From a virus (lineage: Duplodnaviria; Caudoviricetes), in IMG/VR virus record IMGVR_UViG_3300012862_000025, positions 1 through 25,642 of that record: a stretch of 25,642 bases of DNA; one strand, given 5' to 3'. Positions 18,108 to 25,642 of the stretch are shown here, in pieces. The notes beneath the pieces were generated by a model that worked only from the letters and a program-made list of their open reading frames with translations, searched no databases and had not been told where the DNA came from. The first letter of the stretch is position 1. Every line of letters starts with the position of its first letter. A program made the translations under genes and the position numbers.

Positions 18108-19154
18108 TTAACCTTCGTACTCTTTGTCAAACTCAGCTTTAAAAAGCTCTTTGAACAAATTAGGATCATCAGATTTAAGCTTAATCAATAAGCCTTCCTG
18201 ATCCAATTGTCCCCATGTCTTGTTTGCGTAAAGACTTACTTTGGCTTCCTTCTTTGTTTGGATTTGGCTCTGTACAGTTGGCGCACCTTGTTTGCCTCCC
18301 AAAATCTTTTCAACTGAAGCATAATCAGCCATTGCCAAAGTCACGAAATGTGGTTTTTCGTCAGCAGAGATTTTACGGTCGTCTACTGCACCTTGAACCA
18401 ACGTTTCTACTTTAGATGACAACTGAACTTTTTCAGCATCATCAACCTTTTTTTGTAAAGTTTGATTTTGATTTTTCAGCTTGTCGATTTCGGTTTTTTG
18501 GGATGCAGCCAATTGAACCACTTCCATCACCTTTGTTTCAAATTGGTCAACTGACTTCACATCAGTTCCCAATATCGCTGCTGCCTTTGCAGCTGACAAT
18601 TCGATTTTTTCCATATGTGATTTTTTATTATTGATAAGCAATGGGATTACAGCGTTCGTGTCGCTGGATGAGAGTTCAATACGAGTATGATTGGAATCAT
18701 ACAGAGCAATGGATAAGGCGTTATTATCTGCACCTATATCGGCAATACTGACTTCTTCGAGGATAGACCTTGCTAACGTTTCACCTCTTTGCCCCTGAAT
18801 GATCAAAGTTTCATCCGATGACCATTCTACAGGTAGCAAACCAGCTGATCCCATACGAAGCGTACCGTTCTGATATTTGTTGTAAATAGACTTGGCAAAA
18901 TCGTCCGTATCATCAAAGACTGGCAAACCTGTCAAGCATTTACCTATACCGTCAATGGATTCTACCTTCAGTTCAATGACGTTCCCCAAAGGAAGGATCA
19001 CTTCATTCTTTTTACCAAAGGCACGATAGTGCATCCAAAGTAAAATTGGGTTTCTTTCGTACTGCGTTAAGTCAACACCATCAACCAAAGCCCTAAAGCC
19101 ATATTTGTTGACCTGTTCACTTAAAATTATTAGCCGTTTTGTCGCTTTTAACAT
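18108..19154 (-). CDS. Prohead protease fused to scaffold
   Basis: N-terminal NPILLWMH..G.L.MGSAG..LEEVSIADIGADNNAL protease motifs; coiled-coil C-terminal half. Confidence 0.85.
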   Translation of the reverse strand: MLKATKRLIILSEQVNKYGFRALVDGVDLTQYERNPILLWMHYRAFGKKNEVILPLGNVIELKVESIDGIGKCLTGLPVFDDTDDFAKSIYNKYQNGTLRMGSAGLLPVEWSSDETLIIQGQRGETLARSILEEVSIADIGADNNALSIALYDSNHTRIELSSSDTNAVIPLLINNKKSHMEKIELSAAKAAAILGTDVKSVDQFETKVMEVVQLAASQKTEIDKLKNQNQTLQKKVDDAEKVQLSSKVETLVQGAVDDRKISADEKPHFVTLAMADYASVEKILGGKQGAPTVQSQIQTKKEAKVSLYANKTWGQLDQEGLLIKLKSDDPNLFKELFKAEFDKEYEG

Positions 19155-19330
19155 CTGTCTTTTTCGCTATTGTTGGCACAAACCTACATCGACAAAAACA
19201 GTCAAAAAAATCGCCTTTATGAATGCTAACACCTTGTGCAGTAAATGCCTGTAATTATTGCAAGCTTTTAATTTTACGATTTTTTACCCCTATATATAAG
19301 TGCCATTTTTGACCAGTTAACACGGATTTT
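19155..19330. promoter_or_regulatory. Divergent late promoter region
   Basis: Minus-strand TAGGTTTG (19186-19179) matches TAnnTTTG; plus-strand variant CATTTTTG at 19304-19311. Confidence 0.55.
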
Positions 19331-19786
19331 ATGGCAAAAAATAGACTTAGCAAAGCAGAACTTCAGGAGAAAAGAGAACACGCAAAACTTCTTTTCATCC
19401 GTGAAAAATTAACCCAAAAGGAAATTTCCAGACGGCTTCAGATTACTGAGGGAACAATCAGTAAATGGTCAAACGAGGACAATTGGGAACAAGCAAAAAA
19501 GAGCATCATGATGACTAGGGAGGATCAACTTAGACAGATGATGGATGAGCTTGAAATTCTTAACACTGAGATTGCAACTGGTGGTAGAGGATATGCAACA
19601 AAAGAACAAGCCTATATCCGAGACACATTGATCCAAAACATTAAGAAGCTTGAAACGGATGTTTCCGCATCAGAGGTATTTGATGTTGCAACCAAAATGA
19701 TCAGTCATTACAGAGGTATTGACTTAGACAAAGCTAAAGCACTCACAGAAGATTTTGATGGATATATTAAAACGCTTTTAAGATAA
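19331..19786 (+). CDS. Terminase small subunit-like HTH protein (DUF1804-like)
   Basis: AKLLF..LTQKEISRRLQITEGTISKW...NW HTH; stop overlaps the TerL start (TAATG). Confidence 0.75.
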   Translation: MAKNRLSKAELQEKREHAKLLFIREKLTQKEISRRLQITEGTISKWSNEDNWEQAKKSIMMTREDQLRQMMDELEILNTEIATGGRGYATKEQAYIRDTLIQNIKKLETDVSASEVFDVATKMISHYRGIDLDKAKALTEDFDGYIKTLLR

Positions 19787-21312
19787 TGGCAGCACAAAAG
19801 TTTACAAACAAACAGATATCCATAAAATGGGAGGACTTTGCCAAAGAAATGAGGCAAGCGACACCCATTGACATCCATGAAACTCCAACGCAAAAACAAA
19901 AGCGGATCGCTCGCTTAGAAAAAGAAGGGAATGAAGTGGAGTGGATGAAGTACTATTTCCCGAATTTCTGTAAAGCGGATTTTGCACCATTCCATTTAAA
20001 AACGTTTCGAAGGCTGATCAAAAACAAAAGATGGTTTGAGCTTTTAATGTGGGCTCGTGAATTGGCAAAATCTACCTCAGTGATGTTGATCGTGTTATAC
20101 TTGGTTTTAGTAAGAAAAGAACTAAGGAACATACTTCTTGTTTCCAACAGCTTCGATAACGCTGTTCGTTTATTGATGCCATACAAATTAAGTCTTGAAT
20201 GCAACCAACGCCTGATAAATGACTATGGAACTCAGGAGAAGTTAGGATCATGGACGGACGGTGAATTTACAACCAAAAACGGTGTGAGCTTTCGTGCATT
20301 GGGTGCAGGTCAATCGCCTCGTGGTACACGTAATGAAAATTTTAGGGTTGATTGCATCCTGATCGATGATATTGATACAGATAAAGAATGCAGAAACCCA
20401 CGTAGGATCATTGAAAAATTCAAATGGATTCAGGAAGCATTAATTCCAACGGTATCCGTTTCGGGCAATTATCGAATCATAGTATGTGGGAACAAGATCG
20501 CAAAAGTATGTGTCGTTTCGCTTTGCGAAAAATTAGCTGACTATGTACATCAGGTAAATATTAGGGATAAGAATGGTAAAAGCTCATGGTTAGCAAAAAA
20601 CAGTGAAGAAGATATTGACAAAATTCTCTCATTGATTTCTTATGCTTCAGCTCAGAAAGAATACTTCAATAACCCCATTTCAGAAGGGACGGTATTCAAG
20701 GAGATGAACTATAAAAAATTACCGCCATTATCACAATACAAATGGCTGGTGTGCTATACTGACCCCTCATTTAAAGACTCCAAGAAAAACGACTTTAAAG
20801 CAACTGTCTTGGTAGGAAGATGGAAAGACGAATTCCATGTTATTAAAGCCTTCTGTGATCAGACCACTACTGCCAATATGATTGAATGGCATTATCAGAT
20901 AGCGGAATTGGTTGCAGACCGTGTGCCAGTGTATTACATGATGGAAGCCAATTTTATTCAAGACACGCTTATAAACAAGTTTTATGAGTATTCCAGCGAG
21001 CACGATAAAAAGATCATCCCACTAAAAGGAGATCAGCGAAAAAAGGCTGACAAATTCACTCGGATTGAAACCCTATTAGAGCCATTGAACCGAAACGAAA
21101 AGCTATGGCTTAATGAAAAGGAAAAAGAAAGCCTGCACATGCAAAGGCTGGAAGAACAATTTTTAGCTATCGAAGCTGGTAGTTCAGCTCATGACGATGC
21201 TCCCGATGCAGTAGAAGGAGCTGTATGGGTAATCAATAACAAAAGCATTCACAACGCAGATAACATTCAAACTATATCAACCAGCCAAAACGGCTCTAAA
21301 CGTATCGCATAA
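19786..21312 (+). CDS. terL: Terminase large subunit
   Basis: Walker A variant ARELAKST, QSPRG, Walker B ILIDD, coupling motif GN, nuclease motifs YTDPS and HDDAPDA. Confidence 0.92.
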   Translation: MAAQKFTNKQISIKWEDFAKEMRQATPIDIHETPTQKQKRIARLEKEGNEVEWMKYYFPNFCKADFAPFHLKTFRRLIKNKRWFELLMWARELAKSTSVMLIVLYLVLVRKELRNILLVSNSFDNAVRLLMPYKLSLECNQRLINDYGTQEKLGSWTDGEFTTKNGVSFRALGAGQSPRGTRNENFRVDCILIDDIDTDKECRNPRRIIEKFKWIQEALIPTVSVSGNYRIIVCGNKIAKVCVVSLCEKLADYVHQVNIRDKNGKSSWLAKNSEEDIDKILSLISYASAQKEYFNNPISEGTVFKEMNYKKLPPLSQYKWLVCYTDPSFKDSKKNDFKATVLVGRWKDEFHVIKAFCDQTTTANMIEWHYQIAELVADRVPVYYMMEANFIQDTLINKFYEYSSEHDKKIIPLKGDQRKKADKFTRIETLLEPLNRNEKLWLNEKEKESLHMQRLEEQFLAIEAGSSAHDDAPDAVEGAVWVINNKSIHNADNIQTISTSQNGSKRIA

Positions 21313-21313
21313 T

Positions 21314-21730
21314 ATGGGACTAATAACACCTGAAGATTTTTACACGCACATGTACAGCGGAACTATCGAAGCTATTTCCGATGGTAACGAAGAAAGTTTA
21401 GCTGAAGCAATTGACACGGCAATAAGTGAAGCATTTGGCTATTTATCAAGATTTGACCTTGATGCAATCATGACCAGTGACGACCGTAAGACATACGCCA
21501 ACCTTAGAACATGGCTAAAAGATATTGCCAAATGGCATTTTATAAACATCTGTAATGTTGCCACTGATTTGGAATTAGCAAAAGAGCGTTATGATGATGC
21601 CATTGCAAGACTGAAGGACATTCAAAAAGGAATAGTAACGCCTAAAGGCTGGGCATTACCTCAGGATGAAAATGACCAATCAGGAGCTTTCACTGTATCC
21701 AGTAGACCTAAACGAGAAAACTATTATTAA
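21314..21730 (+). CDS. Mu gp36-like (DUF1320) head-tail connector
   Basis: AISEAFGYLSRFD..DIAKWH..ERYDDAIARLKDIQKG pattern and gene position. Confidence 0.82.
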   Translation: MGLITPEDFYTHMYSGTIEAISDGNEESLAEAIDTAISEAFGYLSRFDLDAIMTSDDRKTYANLRTWLKDIAKWHFINICNVATDLELAKERYDDAIARLKDIQKGIVTPKGWALPQDENDQSGAFTVSSRPKRENYY

Positions 21731-21732
21731 CA

Positions 21733-24408
21733 ATGGCAAAGAACAACAGACAAAGAACAAAACAGAAAATTGTTGCTGGAAAGAATACTTCAGCACCGAT
21801 TATCCAAAATATTTCAATTCAACCTTTTGCAAGGCAAAGTCAGGATATATCCAGCTGGAGGAATGCAACCCGATCAGCGGAATCACATATTCCAAGACGT
21901 GTTTACTTGTATGATCTGTATCACGACATCTCCACTACGGACGGACAGATCATAGCGGTATGGGGCAAACGGCAGGATGCGATTACTACGGCAAATTGGG
22001 AATTCACCGATAAAGACGGCAATCCAGTCGATGAAATAAACGAGCTTATTGACTGTATTGGCTTTGAGGATTTATTAAAGGAAATAATAGATTCCAAAGC
22101 ATGGGGTTATTCGATGTGTGAACCTACCTTTTTCGTTAATGAAAATGGTCAGAATGAATTTGAACTTTATTCAGTTCCAAAGAAGCACATGAGACCTGAA
22201 AGGGGAATCATTGTGAAACACCAAACGGATGATGAAGGAATAAATATCAACGATGGTATTTATAACAAAACCATAATGCGATTTGGTAAAGCAAATGATT
22301 TGGGTCTGTTGCTTTCTGCTGCTATGTACTCAATCTATAAAAGAGGCAGTACATCCGATTGGGCTGAATTTATTGAAATTTTTGGGCGTGGTATCATTGA
22401 TGCTGAATGGGACGGATTTGATGAAGGGCAACGTCAGCAACTTGCGAAAGCAATCCGTGAAATGGGATCAGGGGGAATCATGATCCGACCTTCAGGAACA
22501 AAGGTTGATATCAAGAACAATACAGGTAATGCCAACGGTCAGCTTCAGGATACTTTTGTAAGTAAAATGGATGCGTATATTTCAAAGGTTCTTTTGGGAT
22601 CAACGGAAACAACAGATTCCAGCACAAGAAGCGGTTACGCACAAGCCGAAATACACCAAAAAGAAGATCATAAAAAAAATGAATCCGACCTTCAGTTTGT
22701 AAGACGTTCATTGAACTCGCAGTTCATCAAAATTCTGAAGGCTGCTGGATTTGACACCAAAGGAGGAACGTTTGTCATCAAAAAAGACAAGAACCTTGAT
22801 AAGACGTCCTATGAAATACACAAGTCCATGCGTAAAGATTTGGGAATACCAATTGACGATGATTTTTATTACGAAGAATATGGAGTAAGAAAGCCCGACA
22901 ACTATGAGGAATTAAAAAACGAGCTTGAAGATAGCAAAAACAAAGATTTAGAAACTAAATCCGACAACAAAAATGCAGATACCCCCGAACTTTCAGAGGA
23001 AGAAAACACCGACACCCCCAACGAAAACAAGGAGGATAAACGCAAAAAGCTATCTTGGTTCAGAAGGTTATTGCAGCTTTTTCACCCAGCCCCGATAGCA
23101 CAAGACAGACAGCTAGTCGGGGCGTTTGGAGATCACCACACGAATAATATACAGTTAGCAAAATTCACCGCTTCCAAAGCTTTTGACACCATAAAAGATG
23201 ATGTCATTCAAAGAGCTTGGATTGCAAAAGGAACATTGAATTTTGACACTCAGCTGTATGAATTCACGGCTACTACTTTAACAATGGGTTTTGTTCAGGG
23301 ATGGAAAACAAAGCCAACGAAGTTAATGGATTTGGGCTTTTCCTATGGTGTAGACGATCCAGCAACATTAACAGCCTACGAGATGAATCTATTTAGGTTC
23401 GCTGGTGCTAAGACATTATATGAAGCCCAGCAATTAAATGAGTTATTCCGTAAAGCAAAATCATTCCGTGAGTTCTATGACACGGCAAGCTCAATGATGG
23501 ACGTTCACAATAAAGCTTGGTTGGAAACCGAATATAACACAGCTATTGCAGCCGGTGAAATGGCTTCCACTTACAATAGGCTGATGAAGCAAACGGATAA
23601 TTTCCCTTACTGGCAATATAAGACTGTTGCAGATGAAAGGGTACGTCATTCACATGCTTTATTGCACGATATTATATTACCGTGGAATCACCCAGCATGG
23701 AAATACATTTTACCTCCTAACGATTGGAATTGTCGTTGCTGGATTGTTCCAAGAACTAAAGCTGAGGTTACGGATGAAGAATTGAAAGCTTCAGAAGAAA
23801 AGGTTAAACTGTATTTGGATAGCCCAGAATTTAAGAAAGCAGCTAAAGGGGGTTGGGGTATAAACAGAGCGGACAAAGGTCAGGTATTTACCGAAAACCA
23901 ACACTATACAACGGATTATCTTGATGTAACCAAACGGATGAATAATCTAGGCTATAAGGATTGGGGTCTAAAACCGCTGGATCAAAATTTCAATACAAAA
24001 CAGTTCAGTCCCAAATTTGGTGAAGATCAAATTGAAGATGCAATTGAAGATTTTACAGGCAAACTCAAAAAGGTTACATCCAAGAAGTTTGGTATTACCG
24101 ACTATAACAATAGGATTATTACCATTGATAAAGCTACTTTAAAATCTCATACAAATACCCGTTATCAAAAGTACAGGACTAGGCATCTGTATTTATCTGA
24201 AGTGGAAAACATTTTAAACGCTCCTGATGAAGTATGGTTACAGAATTACCGAAACCAAAAGTATCAATCGTTTATATACTTGAAGTATTACAACGATCAA
24301 GCTGTTGTAGTGGTTTGTACACTAACGGATAGTTTAGAGCTGAAAATCGAAACATGGCACAAGCTGGATGATACAAGGCTTAGAAGGGGATTGCTGATAA
24401 AGAACTAA
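21733..24408 (+). CDS. Portal (Mu gp29/DUF935-like) fused to MuF (gp30) and a C-terminal PBECR-like nuclease
   Basis: Portal: DWAEFIEIFG, ISKVLLGSTETT, YAQAEIH. Acidic linker. MuF: WLETEYNTA, WQYKTVADERVRHSH, PPNDWNCRC. Tail: ILNAPDEVWL..YLKYY..VVVV..TW..RRGLLI. Confidence 0.85.
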   Translation: MAKNNRQRTKQKIVAGKNTSAPIIQNISIQPFARQSQDISSWRNATRSAESHIPRRVYLYDLYHDISTTDGQIIAVWGKRQDAITTANWEFTDKDGNPVDEINELIDCIGFEDLLKEIIDSKAWGYSMCEPTFFVNENGQNEFELYSVPKKHMRPERGIIVKHQTDDEGININDGIYNKTIMRFGKANDLGLLLSAAMYSIYKRGSTSDWAEFIEIFGRGIIDAEWDGFDEGQRQQLAKAIREMGSGGIMIRPSGTKVDIKNNTGNANGQLQDTFVSKMDAYISKVLLGSTETTDSSTRSGYAQAEIHQKEDHKKNESDLQFVRRSLNSQFIKILKAAGFDTKGGTFVIKKDKNLDKTSYEIHKSMRKDLGIPIDDDFYYEEYGVRKPDNYEELKNELEDSKNKDLETKSDNKNADTPELSEEENTDTPNENKEDKRKKLSWFRRLLQLFHPAPIAQDRQLVGAFGDHHTNNIQLAKFTASKAFDTIKDDVIQRAWIAKGTLNFDTQLYEFTATTLTMGFVQGWKTKPTKLMDLGFSYGVDDPATLTAYEMNLFRFAGAKTLYEAQQLNELFRKAKSFREFYDTASSMMDVHNKAWLETEYNTAIAAGEMASTYNRLMKQTDNFPYWQYKTVADERVRHSHALLHDIILPWNHPAWKYILPPNDWNCRCWIVPRTKAEVTDEELKASEEKVKLYLDSPEFKKAAKGGWGINRADKGQVFTENQHYTTDYLDVTKRMNNLGYKDWGLKPLDQNFNTKQFSPKFGEDQIEDAIEDFTGKLKKVTSKKFGITDYNNRIITIDKATLKSHTNTRYQKYRTRHLYLSEVENILNAPDEVWLQNYRNQKYQSFIYLKYYNDQAVVVVCTLTDSLELKIETWHKLDDTRLRRGLLIKN

Positions 24409-24435
24409 AGCCATTAGCGTTAACTAATGGCTTTA
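24406..24435. terminator. 12-bp hairpin, possibly a bidirectional terminator
   Basis: TAAAGCCATTAG-CGTTAA-CTAATGGCTTTA. Confidence 0.75.
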
Positions 24436-24526
24436 ATTAAGGTTGTGTAAAGTACCACGTTGGAAAACCAGTCATGAGCCACTGCTCAACCTATTTTAAC
24501 AGTCTCTCATTTACACGAGGTAGTAT
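24406..24526 (-). ncRNA. Putative small structured RNA antisense to the packaging operon
   Basis: Minus-strand TATATTTG at 24541-24534, several short stems, ending at the 12-bp hairpin; no ORF. Confidence 0.45.
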
Positions 24527-24550
24527 TACAATACAAATATAGTAAATAGT

Positions 24551-25090
24551 ATGGATAAGTTTGATAAACAGCTTGAAGCATTATTTAAGAAGATTGACAC
24601 AAAGATAGAATTAGCACCCCAGCTGGTTGCTGAAACTGCTTTGGAGCATTTTCAAAATGCACTGTTAAAAAAAGAATGGGACGGAAAGCCCTACCAACCA
24701 TATAAGGACAAGAAAAGAGAGCCATCAAGAGGATCGTTGATGTACCGTACTGGAAACCTATTTAGGACACTTAGGATAAATTACGTTTATCATGATAGGG
24801 CTGGTCTATCTGCTGGATCATCAAGAGTACCATACGCCAAAGCACACAACGAAGGTGAAACCATCCAGCACAAAGGAGGAATTAAACAAATTACCTTCAG
24901 GAAGCACACAAGAGGGAGATTTAAAGGAAAAACCCTGTTCTCGAAAAACAATGAACGAGCATCATTCAGTCAAAAGGCATCAGTTGGCGCATATACCGTT
25001 ACACTTCCTAAACGTCAATTTTTGGGTAAAAGTCAAAGCCTGATAACAGATATTAAAACAAGATTTAAAACTAATTTTAAAACCATTTAA
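24551..25090 (+). CDS. Phage virion morphogenesis protein (Mu gpG-like)
   Basis: LMYRTGNL, VPYAKAHNEG and LPKRQFLG motifs. Confidence 0.88.
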   Translation: MDKFDKQLEALFKKIDTKIELAPQLVAETALEHFQNALLKKEWDGKPYQPYKDKKREPSRGSLMYRTGNLFRTLRINYVYHDRAGLSAGSSRVPYAKAHNEGETIQHKGGIKQITFRKHTRGRFKGKTLFSKNNERASFSQKASVGAYTVTLPKRQFLGKSQSLITDIKTRFKTNFKTI

Positions 25091-25093
25091 AAG

Positions 25094-25525
25094 ATGAAAG
25101 AAATATTTAAAAACACATTATTAAAACTGGATACACTGGATAATATAGCGTTTATTGACAGAGATCGGGGTCAACTTGAAGGATACCATCAAAGACCTGA
25201 AGTAAAATTCCCATGTGCATTGATCAAGGTAAATATTCCAAGACGTGACAATTTGAACGCCATGATCCAACGGGCAACCTGTCAAATTCAAATCCGTGTA
25301 GCATTTGAAAAGCTTATCGACCAAAACAATTTAAACGCCTCACAACGACTCGAAAAAGCTTTAGAGTATTACGACACCATTGAGGAAATTGAAAACTTGT
25401 TTCAGGGCTTAAAATTAGGTAAAACGGAAAAATGGGAATGCACCAGTATAATTGATGAAGATAGAGCGGATTTTGAAGTAGTGCGAATTACTTTTGCGAC
25501 TGGTTTTGTTAAGGAATATCTATAA
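25094..25525 (+). CDS. Putative tail completion/terminator protein (Mu gp37-like)
   Basis: IDRDRGQLE..RPEVKFPCALI pattern, 143 aa, follows gpG-like. Confidence 0.6.
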   Translation: MKEIFKNTLLKLDTLDNIAFIDRDRGQLEGYHQRPEVKFPCALIKVNIPRRDNLNAMIQRATCQIQIRVAFEKLIDQNNLNASQRLEKALEYYDTIEEIENLFQGLKLGKTEKWECTSIIDEDRADFEVVRITFATGFVKEYL

Positions 25526-25540
25526 AAAAAGCGGTTATTT

Positions 25541-25642
25541 TGCAATGCCCCCAAAAAGTTAGACACTTTCTGGGGGCATTTTTATGAGAAAAAACAAAAA
25601 ACATAGTTTGGAATTCAAACTTAGTCTTGTCGATCGGATCGT
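25541..25642 (+). mobile_element. IS3-family insertion sequence, left end (partial)
   Basis: Starts TG; TGCAATGCCCCCAAAAAGTTAGACAC resembles IS150/IS861-group inverted repeats; OrfA follows. Confidence 0.8.
25584..25642 (+). CDS. IS3 transposase OrfA N-terminus (truncated by the window)
   Basis: Translates as MRKNKKHSLEFKLSLVDRI, the typical K-Y/H-S-x-E-F-K start of IS3 OrfA. Confidence 0.75.
   Translation, partial: MRKNKKHSLEFKLSLVDRI

Larger units (their letters stand above)
3169..25642. mobile_element. Mu-like transposable prophage, late/structural region (continues beyond the window)
   Basis: Mu-type gene set (DUF935-like portal, MuF, gp36-, gpG- and gp37-like genes), terminal methylase, interrupted host gene at the junction, and no integrase at this end. 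Left boundary estimated to within ~20 nt. Confidence 0.88.

Noticed and set aside
24406-24530. tRNA or known self-cleaving ribozyme in the portal-gpG gap
   Set aside because: No cloverleaf with a TTC T-loop and no hammerhead CTGAnGA/GAAA core was found by eye; cmscan would settle it.
946-25324. Numerous short antisense or alternate-frame ORFs in the track (e.g. 4722..5087, 10618..10989, 13681..14007)
   Set aside because: They lie wholly inside well-supported genes and have no recognisable motifs.

Overview
Bases 1-~3170 are Bacteroidota-type host DNA (TAnnTTTG -7 promoters, no Shine-Dalgarno sites): a REP-like palindrome, sdaA, an MBL-fold hydrolase and the 3' remnant of a trypsin-like peptidase. 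From ~3170 to the window end lies the late region of a Mu-like transposable prophage with a siphovirus-type tail (no sheath gene seen), which appears to have inserted into that peptidase gene. Two late operons diverge from ~19.2 kb. The leftward one is protease/scaffold, capsid, holin, DUF5675-like lysin, spanin, tail tube, chaperones, tape measure, Dit-like, SGNH/CBM protein, tail tip and a Dam-like methylase in the Mu mom position. The rightward one is TerS, TerL, gp36-like, a portal-MuF-PBECR nuclease fusion, gpG-like and gp37-like. An IS3-family element begins at 25541. The most striking unexplained signals are: (1) two ~110-120 nt structured intergenic elements, each behind an identical CTATATTTGTAT promoter-like 12-mer pointing against its late operon, one beside the methylase and one beside the MuF-linked nuclease, which has no immunity gene; (2) a GC-rich hairpin after a U-run at the portal/MuF junction; (3) a 41/43-identical leader before the capsid and tail-tube genes; (4) a membrane-helix-like N-terminal extension on the capsid ORF. 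All family calls come from motif recognition by eye; no searches were run.
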